Source: Octopus sinensis (taxonomy: Eukaryota). Taken from it: a stretch of DNA of 64,000 nt. The notes below the pieces were generated by a model. That model had not been told where the DNA came from. It made no database searches and saw only the letters and a list, made by a program, of their open reading frames with translations. The DNA lies in NCBI RefSeq assembly GCF_006345805.1, contig NC_043014.1:55056001-55120000 (forward strand), read 5' to 3'. Both the position numbers and the translations under genes were made by a program. Positions 39,365-53,115 of this stretch are shown here, one piece after another; the stretch's first letter is position 1, and each line of letters starts with the position of its first letter.

Positions 39365-41020
39365 GAATCATCATCATTGTTTAAGATCTGCTTTCCATGC
39401 TAGCATGGGTTGGACGATTTTGACTGAGGGTTGGCGAACCAGATGGCTGCACCAGGCTCCAATCTTGATCTGGCAGAGTTTCTACAGTTGGATGCCCTTC
39501 CTAACGCCAACCACTCTGAGAGTGTAGTGGGTGCTTTTTACGTGTCACTGGCACGGGGGCCAGTCAGGCAGTACTGGCAATGACCCCACTTGAATCATTT
39601 TACAGGTGCCAGTAAGGTGACGTTGGTAATGATCACGCTCAAATGGTGCCCTTTTACGTGCCACCAGCACAGGGGGGCCAGTCAGGCGGTACTGGCAATG
39701 ACCTCGCTCGAATCTTTTTATACATGCCACCGGCACAGGTGCCAGTAAGGCGATGTTGGTAATGATCACGCTCGAATGGTAAAAAAAATGTGGTTTAAAC
39801 TGACAGAATCAATTATTCTTCTAACAGTTTTAAATGTTCTGATTATTTTTCAGAATTAATTGAAACACGTAAACAGTGTCTTTAATTAAGAGTGGAATGT
39901 TTAATAACTGACTGCTCTTTCTAGCACCATCGTAATAGAAAGACACAGCTTCTTAACAAGAGAAAATAACATTTTTATTTTTACATTAGTGCAAAAATAT
40001 ATATAATTTTCACTAATGACTCATATATTGTTGTGTTCTTGAAATGGTTGTAAATTCCTTGAAAAGCTATGTCAGGATGACATCAGAGAAGCTGCTGTAG
40101 TAAACCAGGAATTCATTGTATATTTTACAATTTCAATATATATACATATCCTCATTGTTTAACGTCCGTTTTCCATGCTAGCATGGGTTGGATGATTTGA
40201 CTGGGGTCTGGAAGCCAGGAGTGTTTCTACAGCTGGATGCCCTCCCTAACGTCAACTACTCCGAGAGTTTAGTGGGTGCCAGGCGAGGCTGGCAACAGCC
40301 ACGATCGGTTGGTGCCTTTTACGTGCAACTGTCACGGAGGCCAGTCGAGGTGGCGCTGGCAATGGCCATGTTCAGTTGGTTCTTTTACGTGCCACCGGCA
40401 CTGGTATCACAACTACAATTTCCATTGATTTTTGATCGATTTCGATTTCACTTGCCTCAACAAGTCTTCGCAGACAGAATATATATATATATATAAAACA
40501 TTGAAGTACAAGTTTAATATAGAGTAAAAAAAAAACTTAAATTGACGAAATGGTTTCATTGCCCCTAAACTATTTTCATTTTTAATGAAAGTCAAAGTAG
40601 AGAGAATGAGGAACGAATCTGTAGTGAGTTATGGGTTGAAGATAATCTAAATATATAGGGAGTGTTCAGAGATAAAGTGTCCCATAGGCAGGAGAGTTAA
40701 TACAATGAGGATAATTATTTCTTTATAATATATGTGGCCGATGCCAGCACTGCCTTGACTGGCTTCTGTGTTGGTGGCACGTAAAAAGCACCAACTGATC
40801 GTGGCGGTTGCCAGCCTCCCCTGGCACCTGTGCCGATGGCATGTAAAAAGCACCCACTACACTCACGGAGTGGTTGGCGTTAGGAAGGGCATCCAGCTGT
40901 AGAAACACTGCCAGATCAGACTGGTGCCTGGTGCAGCCTCCTGGCTTCCCAGACCCCGGTCGAACTGTCCAACCCATGCTAGCATGGAAAACGGACGTTA
41001 AACGATGATGATGATGATGT
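39365..41020. mobile_element. Three SINE family C copies (39365-39780 minus, 40150-40460 minus, 40735-41020 plus)
   Basis: Match the family C consensus; include internal tandem sub-repeats (gtgcttttacgtgccaccggcac). Confidence 0.85.
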
Positions 41021-42094
41021 GTTCTTTGTTTATTGGGATTAGAAGTTTGAATTTGAAATTAAAGAAATTCTAAGGAAACTGATAGATAGAATATATATGC
41101 ATTTATTTTGTGGATGCTTAATTATAAGATTCTTAAAATTTCTAGGAATTGGCCATTAAGGGAGTGGTGTCAAAGGTTGAACAAAAGACGTATTAGACAC
41201 ATTCATAACAAACCGAAACCAGTGTAACTCTCTCTCTCTCTTTTTTTGGCTTTTTGCTTTTTTTTTCATACATACATTATTGACTTGCAGGAGATAATTG
41301 CATAACGAAGATTTATATTGGTGTCAGGGGTGGTGCGATTCCCAGCATCGCTGTATTTGATGTGAAGGGATGGAGATAGATCTAGTGGGAAAGAGGGGAC
41401 GAGAGACGACCAGCATCTCCACACACACACACACACAAACACAGCAGCAGCAGTAGTTGTTCATGATAAGTAAACAGGTGCAACAATGATAAAGAAGCAC
41501 AAAAAAAAGCAAGCAAAAAACAAACAATTTATGTGTGTGTCTATATATAGATGCAGACATAGTTAAATAAAAGGATGTAGAAGTCTAAGGAAGAGGCAAA
41601 TGCAAATATCATGCAAGGAAGGAGACACAGAAAGCAAAATCTAGAAATAGGTTTAAAGAATAAGAATAAAGATAATAATAATAAAGATAATAATAATAAT
41701 AATAATGATAATAATGATAATAATAATAATAATAATAATAATAATAGCAATAATAATGATAATAATAGGCAAAAGAACATAAAAAAAGACTAAGAAAGTT
41801 AGGAAGAAAAAGGTGTGAAGGAGAGAAAGAAATAGCAAGTCTCCCTCAAGACTAACCCCCTTACTGCCTTAAAAATAAGGGCACATTCTAAGCCTTAGAT
41901 TATATGAAGGGAGGGAGAAAACCCCTGCAATAGATGAGGGAGTCTTAGATATACTGTATTGATGTGGGTGGGTAGTTAGTGATGGGTGGAAAAACTTTTG
42001 ATCATAGGTATGTTTACTCTTTCGGGGCTGTCCTGGGGCTAAACAAGAACAGCAGCAGCAGCAGTAGAGTCAAGTATAAAATGTTTCAGTTTAA

Positions 42095-42096
<2 letters not shown>

Positions 42097-42147
<51 letters not shown>

Positions 42148-42470
42148 AGGAGGAGGGAGAAGATAAGAGATAGAATAAGGAGGGGAGGGGAAGCAGGAAA
42201 AGAAGAGAAAAAGGAGGGGAGGGGAAGAGAAGAGAGATAACAAGGAGGGGAGGGGGAGAAGAGAGAGAGAGAAAAAGAGAGAAAAAGGAGGGGAGGGGAA
42301 GAGAAGAGAGAGAACAAGGAGGGGGAGGGGAGCAGGAAAAGAAGAGAGAAAAAAGGAGGGGGAGGGGAAGAGAAGAGAAGAGAGAGAAAAGGAGGGGGAG
42401 GGTGAGCGGGAAGAGAAAAGAGAGAGAGAGAAAAAGGAGGGTTAGGGAGGGGGGTGAGAGAAGAGAATAG
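42097..42470. repeat. Near-pure purine tract, (GA)n plus ggaggggaggggaagag units
   Basis: Read directly; almost no pyrimidines on the plus strand. Confidence 0.95.
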
Positions 42471-42600
42471 TGAAAGTCTGAGTTTGAAAACTGCAAACTT
42501 GTTGTTTCTCGTAACAAAAAGCCCCGTTTTTGTGTGAAGACATTGTGTGTGCAGAGGGTAACCTTTTATGGGGAAGGCAGACATCTCACCCTCTCCCCAC

Positions 42601-42632
<32 letters not shown>

Positions 42633-43691
42633 TTTTCGTTCAAGCTTCAGCTGATGAGTAAACAGGATATTGCCGTAATTAACATAATTAATAATCATTT
42701 CCAAGATTGGCACAAGGCCATAAAGATTGTGGAGGTGGAGGTGGAGAAAAGGGGGGGGTGAGTGATTCTAGTCAGAGGATGGAAATAAATCCTTGATAAG
42801 ATAAAATAGCTGTTTGACCATCCACTTAATTCACAGACCCCCTCTTTCCCCCCCTTCACCAACCCCATCTTCATCCCAGCCCCCACCCCACCCCACCCCT
42901 GGAAGGATGAAAAGCAAAGCCGACTCTGGTATGATTTGAACTCAGAAAGCAAAGTCAAGGGAAGGAGGAAGTAGGAGGAGGAGAGGGAAGAGTCAACTTT
43001 GCATTTGATCTTTCCGGGGGTTGAAAAGTACAAAGCAATATCTATTTTCAGTAGGGGTTAAAAAAAAAAAAGAAAGATGGGAGAATAAATCTAAGTTGAT
43101 TATTATAAACTAAGTGTACCCTTCATATAGGTGGGCGTGTGTGGGGTCTAATATCTATTTTCAGTAAGGGGTGCAAACGGGGCTGAATCTAAGTTGGTAA
43201 TTAACTGCAGCAGGTATCCTTGATTTAAGCAGCATGTTAGCAGGGAACAGGAGGGTTTGAAAAGCTCAACAGCATTGTGAGTGTAACAATTACCACACGG
43301 CTAACACAAAATAAAGAGAAACCAGATTAGAGGGACGACAAATATCAAAAAGCCTTCACTGTTACGAATCGGATGCTTATAAGGGATTCAGCAATAATTA
43401 ATTTAATACACTAAGGGTTTAATTAATTAGTTGTAATTGGAATTAAACAAGAGGGATAATGATAATAATAACAACAATCCTTTCTACTGGAGGTACAAGG
43501 CCTCAAATTTGTGGGGAGAGGACTAGTCAATTACAATGACCCCCAGTGTTTCATTGGTACTTAATTTATCCACCCTGAAAGGATGAAGGGCAAAGTCGAC
43601 CATGGCGGAATTTGAACTCAGAATGTACCGACGGGCGAAATACTGCTAAGCATTTTGTCCAGCGCACTAACAATTCTGCCAGCTCACCGCC

Positions 43692-43735
<44 letters not shown>

Positions 43736-43774
43736 CAAAGGCAAGCATTGAAGCATGATATCAACTAAATGTTC

Positions 43775-44095
43775 TTTTCGTTATTTACATTTGACGGATA
43801 TTTGTCCTCATCTTGTTTGCTGTTTACAGATCGTTTCGGCTGATATACCTTCCAGCCTTCATCAGGTGTCTTGGGGAAATTTCGAACCTGGGTTCTCATT
43901 CCTAAGGTAATAATAATAATAATAACATCGAAAAATACCTTAGGAATGAGAACTCAGGTTCGAAATTTCCCCAAGACACCTGATGAAGGCTGGAGTGTAT
44001 ACCAGCTGAAACGATGTGTTAACAACAAAGACGAGGACAAATATCCGTGAAATGTAAATAATATAAATAATTCCTCATCTCTTAAATATAGAACT
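43775..44095. mobile_element. Inverted pair of 5'-truncated SINE family D copies
   Basis: Minus copy at 43775-43908 and plus copy at ~43910-44095, joined across (TAA)n. Confidence 0.85.
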
Positions 44096-45087
44096 ATACT
44101 GATGTTTAAGTTTCAAACACTCTCCCAACTGGAGCAATTCAATGTTTTCTCTCCTTCAAACTTAATCACCCAGAATTATCTCGTTAACTTCTAATGAGAT
44201 GAAACGAGAAAGAGATGGGAGGAGGGGGGAAGGGGGCAGATATTGCAAGACAAACAGAGAAGTGGACTATCCAAAGAGTTGAGGATTCTTGCAAGCTTCG
44301 GTCCATGCAGGTTCGCTATGTTCGTAGCAGGTCATAAACTCCTTTCAGCCATCAAAGTCCATCAGCTCACCTCAAAGTCTAAACAATTTCCTGTCTTTAA
44401 ACCCTAACCCCCAAACTTTTTCTTCATTTCAACTCCTAATACCTATTTCTTTACTACCCACAAGGGGCTACATACAGAGGGGACAAACAAGGACAGACAA
44501 ATGGATTAAGTTGATAATATCGACCCCAGTGCGTAACTGGTACTTAATTTATCGACCCTGAAAGGACGAAAGGCAAAGTTGACCTCGGCGGAATTTGAAC
44601 TCACAACGTAACGGCAGACGAAATACGGCTACGCATTTCGCCTGGTGTGCTAACGATTCTGCTAGCTCGACGCCTAATACCTTTCTGTCCTTGAACCATA
44701 GCCATCTCATGTCCTATCCTTAAATCCTAACCCCTCAGCTTGATCCTGAAACTTTAAAACCTTTACAAAACTTCAAACCCCTAAATGAAATGAATCTACA
44801 GGTAGTTAACCCCACTGCCAAGAAATAAAAAAAAGGGAGAAGACAGGAAGACGGAGAGGAAGAGAACAAAGTGTTCAAAGAAATGAAAAGAAAAAAAATA
44901 AGATATAAATAATAAAAGAAATAATAATAATAATAATAATGAAAAAAATAATAATAATAATACAAAGAAGAAAAAGAAGAAGAACGGAAAATAAGTGAAG
45001 ATAATCTAGAAAGTGATCAGCCAGAAATGGTGTCGACCATGAGTACATATCCAATTAGTGTAGTCTGGTGAGAAATTAGCAACTCAC

Positions 45088-45123
45088 TGTCTGAACTGGC
45101 CTTGAATTCTATGCCACATGTTG
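45088..45123 (-). CDS. SNRK: 36-nt in-frame microexon of SNRK (NMWHRIQGQFR)
   Basis: Minus strand: branch-like ctgac, long pyrimidine tract ...ttttcttccattctcag|caacatgtggcatagaattcaaggccagttcagaca|gtgagt (perfect donor). Phase 2-2, matching both neighbouring exons. IQGQFR resembles IKAQFR, recalled from vertebrate SNRK just before its tail. Confidence 0.72.
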
Positions 45124-45682
45124 CTGAGAATGGAAGAAAAATGGTAAAAAAAAGAAAAAAGAGAAAACAATGTCAGGTTATATAAAACTATGCAATCAAG
45201 TTACAAGTAAAGTATTGACATCATGATATCACGAAAATATGGAAAAAAATGTAAAATATAAACGGAAAACAGAGAGTGTGTAGAATAAGAGAGAGAGAGA
45301 GAGTAGAGTGTAGTTTGTGATATAAAAGAGAGAGAGAGGAGAGAGAGAGGAGAAGAGACAGATACATATACATAGTGTATATACAAACATAAATACATAC
45401 ATATATATATATATATATGCATACACATAGAGAGAAAAAAGAGAGAGAGAGAGAGAGATACAAGTATATAGACAAATAAACAGGAAGAGATGGAAAGTGA
45501 TATCTTTTGTTATTAACAAGAGTTGAGAACATAATCAATTTTATACATACATATATATATGTGTATATATATATATATATATATACGCATACACACCACA
45601 TAAGGTCAAATGTCAGAAACAGGGTGTCTTAAAGACAAAGACCAATTTAACTTTTGCTCTCTCTCTCATGAGCACATGCAGG

Positions 45683-45724
<42 letters not shown>

Positions 45725-45861
45725 TTGTTGCTGCTCTACAAAAGAATCATCAAAATGCAAAACACAACTCGGACAGTCACAAGTGACTCAAGTATCCGGC
45801 AGCAATCTGTTGATGCGTCAGTCTGAAAACAATAATGGAACATTTCATAGCAAAGCAGCAA

Positions 45862-45892
<31 letters not shown>

Positions 45893-46904
45893 GACATTAT
45901 GTTTCAGTAAGGAAGAAGTTGTTTGGAAGGAGATTGAAAAAGAAAAAAAAAAAATGAAAATAAAGAAGAATAAAAAGGAAATCAAATAATGGTTTGAGAA
46001 ACCAAATTGTAACAAATGTTGGATGGAGTTGTTTTTGCCGCAGTTCTTGTTCTGTTAAAAAGGTGCATCGAGGGGGAATTGAACTCCTGTTGATCGTTTC
46101 CAGTCTTTGAGACATTTTGGTGTGGTTAGTTTCGAGTGGGGGCGGTGAGGGAGGCAGAGCTACCCATTTCTGGAAGTCAATACGCAAGAGGGAATGGCTT
46201 GGTTGGATTCAGCATTCGAAAGCCAAAAGAAACACTTTTCAAAGTTTAAGTATCCCCTGTTTCGCTTTTTAGATGCAATGTCATAGTTTAAGAAAGATTT
46301 GGTTGCTATTCCTAGCAGGTCGAGAGACCACGTAAAGGTATCATTTGGGTTGCGTTAATCGTTCTGCTTAACCTTTATTTTTGAACTTTGACCTCTTGAA
46401 GTCCACTAATTCCTGGTTGAAGAGAGCAAAGTTCAAAAGCTAGGATCAAATAAACACTTGTTAATGAAACAGTTTTCTGCAATTCAAGCCGTGAGCTGTT
46501 TATATCACAAGGTTCCTACTTCGAGTAAAGGGAAAGCTGGTAACGGTTCTGGTGGTGCTGGTGACACCCAGAGCTTTAGAGAGTTAAAAACGTTCATCTT
46601 CACTTACTTGGAGTTAAATATTTCCAGCAAAAGCCGGAGTTGCTAGAAACAGGAGCCAAATCTCTTTAAAATCAAACTAGGTTGCAGCAAACTAGGTTCG
46701 ATACTTTATTCATTTTGAGATGCTCTGAGTTCCTTTCAATTATTTTAAATATAACAAAGAATTTAGTAAGATAACCTAATTGTCATTAAGCTAGTGTTAG
46801 GAACATAAATTGTGACTAAGGTTTGGTGGGAGATTTTAATTCAAAACTTATGGAAACAAGACATTTGTACTACAGAGCCAGAACCGGTTTCAGCCGGGTT
46901 AGTA

Positions 46905-47848
46905 ATACTCTTTTACTCTTTTACTTGTTTCAGTCATTTGACTGCGGCCATGCTGGAGCACCGCCTTTAATCGAGCAACTCGACCCCAGAACTTATTCTT
47001 TTGTAAGCCCAGTACTTATTCTATCGGTCTCTTTTGCTGAACCGCTAAGTGATGGGGACATAAACACACCAGCATCGGTTGTCAACCAATGCTAGGGGGA
47101 CAAACATATATATATTTATATATATACATATATACGACGGGCTTCTTTCAGTTTCCGTCTACCAAATCCACTCACAAGGCTTTGGTCGGCCCGAGGCTAT
47201 AGTAGAAGACACTTGTCTCTCTCTCCGTGTGAATGTTTTCCATTCAGCAGGAAATCCAGGGCATGAAATGTCTTTACTTAACTAAAACGAGGTGTTGAAC
47301 CCAGTTACCGATAAATATTCATCAGGAATGAATAATGGTTTATTAAGCAGGACAACCGTGACTAGCAAACCAATAAACCAGCTGGTACCACGTTTGCCAA
47401 TGGACATGGAATGGACAGTATTATAAGACACACACACACAGGTATCTTTTATCTTCTGCTTGTTTCAGCCATTTGACTGTGGCCATACTGGGGCAATGCC
47501 TCAAAGAATTTCAGGCTAACAAATCAACCCCACTACTTATTTTGTTTTTGTTTTTGTTTTTTTTTAAGCCTGACACTTATTCTAATCCATCTCTTTTGCC
47601 AAACGGCTAAGTTCCAGGGATGTAAACACACCAACACTGGTTATCGAGCGGTACTGGAAGACAAACATAATGCACACACACACACACACATATATATATG
47701 AAACATGCTACATTCAGTTTCCATCTACCAAATCTGCTCACTATGCTTCTGTCAGTCCAAGGCTATAGTAGAAGGTGCCACACAGTGGGACTGAACCTGG
47801 AACCACATGGTTAGGAAGCAAACTTCTCACCACATAGCCATGTCTGCG

Positions 47849-47850
<2 letters not shown>
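46905..47850 (-). mobile_element. Two SINE family A copies (5'-truncated at 46905-47215; diverged at ~47445-47850)
   Basis: Reverse complement of the consensus. Further partial copies at ~11290-11550, 37665-37770, 53465-53580 and 54810-54960. Confidence 0.8.
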
Positions 47851-47893
<43 letters not shown>

Positions 47894-48420
47894 TCTCACA
47901 TGCATATATCTACAAACATCACCATTGTTTTATGTCTGCATTCTTTGTCGGCATGGCTCAAAGGAATCCTTGTAGTCGCAATAATTTTCCATTGGAAGCC
48001 ACTACTTTTATAGACTGACTGGTACATATGTCATTTGGTTTGCTCTCAACAGCTGGATGCTATTCCTATAACCAACAACTTCACAGACTCTTCTTGGTGC
48101 ATTTCATCCTGGCACCAACACTGGAGAGGTTGTACAGCCTTCAGCAAGACAGGACTTAAGGAACTTCACAAACCCATCCTTTCTCTGCTCCTTTGCCAAT
48201 CACTTTATAGTGTGTAATGGATGGCAGTGGTTGGGGTCAAAGGTGAGTGTGGCTTTCCACCATGCCATCAGTACAGGAGTGAGGGAGGTGCCTAGTATAC
48301 AGTCAATACAGAGCAGTGGCTCGCAACCATTTTTTGCCCGTGGAATCCTTTAATTCCTATTTTACTCAACTGGACCCTGATAGTATTTCAAATGCTTAAA
48401 GAAAATCCTGTTATATTTAT

Positions 48421-48461
48421 ACTAGCACTATGACCGGGCAACGCCGGGTCATAGTGCTAGT
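48421..48461. repeat. 41-bp palindrome resembling back-to-back Helitron 3' ends
   Basis: actagcactatgacc-gggcaacgccg-ggtcatagtgctagt, with perfect 15-bp arms. Confidence 0.85.
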
Positions 48462-51453
48462 GCATGCATATACAGCTGCGTGCGTGCGCACATACACGAG
48501 AGTACTGTCCAAATCTCCGACCAATCACATACAGCTAGCTGGCATTCAATTGGCGTATCAAGTTTCGGGCATTTTGATTGGGTTTTGGATAGAAAATTCA
48601 CAAAAAAGTCACTTCTATTGATTTTTTTAATGGCTTTGCAGGGTGACTGGGGAATTGTAAAGATGTGCACGACCACCCTTGGACAGTTTTGAATGACCAC
48701 AGAAAATGCGAGCCCTCTAACTGAAAAACTGTGGATTTGTATAAAGGACACACACACACACACACAGAGAGACAAACATTTTGCTGTTTATATAAATATT
48801 TATGTAATAAAATCTTATCAGGAACAGCATAAGAAATTGTTCAAACATTTTGTTTATTGTAGAACTATAACTAATCTATTAATTAAACTTTAACAGCAAA
48901 ATCTTATATGGACGCTCAAGGTTGAAAGGCACAGCTATAGAGAGTCCTCAGCAGCCTAAGAAGTGTGTTTACTCAAGTTGGCATGTCATTGCGAGGGCAA
49001 TTTTCCAATGTTTAGGACAATATTTTTCTTTGGGAAACAGCGAAACCGGTGCAGTCTTACCAAAAGAGAGAACCTGAAATGTGAGAAACTTCGTCTTTGA
49101 CCTCACAATGTCACATCAACTGAATCTAACTTTTATATACAAATAACAATACATATACGTTCATAGATTCAAGTTTTGCTGATACAGACCACCTCTAGTC
49201 TCCTTTGATTATTATATACACACATACATATATACATACATATATATAATTATCTAAAAATCCATGAGTCAGGAGAAAAAAACAATCACTAATATATTAG
49301 TTAAAAGTGTGGGAATATTATCATTAATATTAATAATAATAATAATAATAATGATAATAATAATAATAATGATAATAATAATAATAATAATAAAAATACA
49401 ATATTATAGTTTAATAATAATAATCAATTTACCAATTAGTTTCATACCAGAAGTTGAGAATCAATTATCAGAAATGGCTGGTAATTTGGCTATTGCGAGA
49501 CTATAACAGTCTATTTTAATAACAATAATAGTTCTAGTTTTGGCACAAGGCCTTAATGATAATACCAATAATAATAATAATGATGATGATAATTGTGCAG
49601 AAAATGTTTCAAAGGTAACCAAGGAATTAAAGCTAATATGTTTCTGTATGCTCATTAGTTGATTTTAATTAAGATTAACGATTTCAAACCCCAAGGGTCA
49701 CATTGTCCAGCATCATACCCCAATGACTCAACTTTGCATTCGTCTGCCAAACCTGGAATCAGCTGCCATCGAAGTCAGTCTTTTAATAAACTGCTCAAAG
49801 GCAAAAGACCCTAATCACTGGTGGAAATGCTGGTGTGGTTCACCTTACACTTTCATCACGGTCCAGTGAATCAGTTTCTGGGTTCTCGTATTCACTCCAC
49901 CAGCACAGATGCTAACATGTATAAAGCAATGACATGGTCAGTATCCAGTAAAGCACCAAAACTGTCATGTGACCTACATGTTTCGTACTACGGCAGAATC
50001 TGTCCTGCTCTACCACTCTGAATGCTGGTCCCTTACAGTGGCCCAACAGCCATCACCAAAGAGCACGTGCACTTGACCTCTGCACAAGGTCTGTAACATA
50101 CTTTATGCTAACTATATATGAAATAAGTCCATATATGGAGGTTTACTGTCCATCGGCCAGACAACCAGAGACAGCTCAAATATGCAGACCACTGCCCTGG
50201 TCAAACAGATCAACCTGTCATTGTGCTTGTTTTCTATAATCCTGTGGGTTTTGTTCAAGCCCAGTGGCCAGGGTCACATGGCATAATCATCATCATCGTT
50301 TAATGCCCGTTTTCTGTGCTAGCATGGGTTGGACGGTTCAACTGGGGTCTGGGAAGCCAGGCTGCACCAGGCTCCAGTCTGATCTAGCAGTGTTTCTACA
50401 GCTGGATGCCCTTCCTAACACCAACCACTCCATGAGTGTAGTGGGTGATTTTTACGTGCCACCAACACAGGTGCCAAGGGAGGCTGGCAGTGGCCACGAT
50501 CGGTTGGTGCTTTTTACGTGCCACCGGCACAGAAGTCAGTCAAGGCGGCACTGACATCGGCCACGTTCGGATGGTGCTTTTTACGTACCACCTGTACAGG
50601 TATCACAACTACAATTTCCATTTGATTTTTATTTTGATGTTGATCTACTTGACTCAATAGGTCATATATCTGTGAATCTATGTGGGACACAAGACTGTGC
50701 ACTGTCTCAGAGTTGGCATGTGCAACGTCGTTGTGCACAGCGTGGAGGGAAATTTGCTCTTAAGTTGGGGACAACCTCCATGAGTGATGCGGCGTAGACT
50801 AAGAAAAAGGGAGACCTTTTATGCATTCTTCCAGTTTTGTCTCCCTTGCTTCAGCCATTGGTGGACTACAAGCCAATATGAAGGGCCATCTTCAGGGAGT
50901 TTTAGTCAATCATAACAACTCAAGTAATTACTCCATTCCCATAATTATGGTATACCATTCCTCCTTCAATAAATAACAGACAAAATTCTTGAAGGAGCAG
51001 CCCCCAAAATGGTTGCAGCCCAATGACCGAAACTAATTAAGAACTATTTAATATTTTTAATTGACAGCCTAATTCATTAAAACAGAGCAGAATAATAAGA
51101 AAAAGAGCCTAAAAAAAATATCATAATATCAAAATGTAATAATATATAAAAATACAGATTTTTCAGTATAGTTGAAAATATAATATTAAACAATACATAT
51201 ACATACATAGATATATATCATCATACATACATACATACATACATACGCACACACATACATACATACATACGCACACACATACATACATACATACATGATG
51301 GCAGTGTAAAAGTTATAAGCAACAAGATTTATATATAATTAGTACTCATGTAAAGTGATCTGATGAAAAATTTGTCTAAGTGTAGGTGTTGAAGCTCAGA
51401 GCAAACGAAAAAGCTTAATAACAGAAACAGTGTGTAGCAAAATAGCTTGGCAA

Positions 51454-51505
<52 letters not shown>

Positions 51506-52752
51506 ATATATATAAAAAAAATTAAAAAAAGTCAGGCAGCTGCAATAGAGAAAGAGTTAAGTACAACAAAAACAACAATAACAACAACAAATGCCAAACT
51601 CCAATAAATGTCAATATTTTCATCTGTTTTTTCAACATGGATGCATTGCAATGCACAGACTAAGAAGAAAGAAAGAAAGAAGAAATATAAAAGAAAAGAA
51701 AAGAAAAGAAAAATAGACATAAAAAAAGAGTCTTGAAAGAGAGGTTGGTGAAGGAATGGTTGTTGAGAATCAAATCAATCCACAAGCGTGCAACCGATCG
51801 GAATGGTTTGTTATTAGCTGTAGAAGATGAAATACTCTACATGCTTTGGAATACACACACACACATAAAATATTGCACAGAAAGACACATACATACGTAT
51901 GTGTGTGTGTATATATATATATATATTTATACACACACACACACATCATCATCATCATTGTTTAACGTCCGCTTTCCATGCTAGCATAGGTTGGACGATT
52001 TTGACTGAGGGCTGGCAAACCAGACAGCCGCACCAAGCTCCAATCTTGATCTTGCAGAGTTTCTACAGCTGGATGCCCTTCCTAACACCAACCACTCCGA
52101 GAGTGTAGTGGGTGGTTTTTACATACCACCGGCACGGAGGCCAGTCAGGTGGTACTGGCAATGACCCCGCTCGAATCATTTTACAGGTGCCAGTAAGGCA
52201 ATGTTGGTAACGATCACGCTCGAATGGTGCCCTTTAACGTGCCATGGGTATGGAAGCCAGTTGGCTGCTCTGGCAACGATCACATTCGGATGGTGCTCTT
52301 GGCACCCTAGAAGCACGGGCACAAGTGCCAGTAAGGCAATGTGATACTATATAACAACTGTACTTGAGGGCACAACCCATATACTAAGAAGAGCACAGTC
52401 ACCATGAGAATATTTAAATATCTTAAAATCACTAAAATTACAAGAAATTTCTAATGGAATCTCAGTTCTTGGTATTTGGTCGCCTTTCCCTGGAATATTT
52501 AATTGCAACTCAAATAACAGCCACAGTTAAAACATCTAACTTGCTGTTCTGGTGCAGGGCCAACAATTTCGAGAGAGGGGGGGCTAAGCTGATTACATCG
52601 ATCCCAGTTTAACACTGGTACTTATTTTAGCAACCCTGAAAGGATGAAAAGCAAAGTTGACCTCGGCAGAATTTTAGCTCAGAATGTAAAGACAGATGAA
52701 ATGTCACTAAAAATTTTGTCCAGAGTGCTAACAATTCTGCCAGCTTGCTGCC

Positions 52753-52788
<36 letters not shown>

Positions 52789-53084
52789 TTTACATTGATA
52801 TCAATGTAAATGTTTGTGTTGTATTACATGGAGATATTTCTCTACTTCCCCTCCCCAAGCTTTCAGCTATATTTCAACAACTCTTAACCTTCACTTGCCC
52901 TAGGGCGCTGGGTGTGCCCCGGCAAGTGATTGCATCAAACATGCAGATTAAAAGTAAATGACAATGATAATAATAATAATAACATTGGTTTCAAATTTTG
53001 GCACAAGGCCAGCAATTTCGGTGGAGTGTTAAGTCAATTATATTGACATGATTCTGCCAGCTTGATGCCATCCTAATAATAATA

Positions 53085-53115
<31 letters not shown>

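Noticed and set aside
45897-46187. Minus ORF with a Pro-rich segment after a plausible acceptor at ~46170
   Set aside because: Stop in the SNRK (phase 2) frame, no donor, runs into a poly-T tract.
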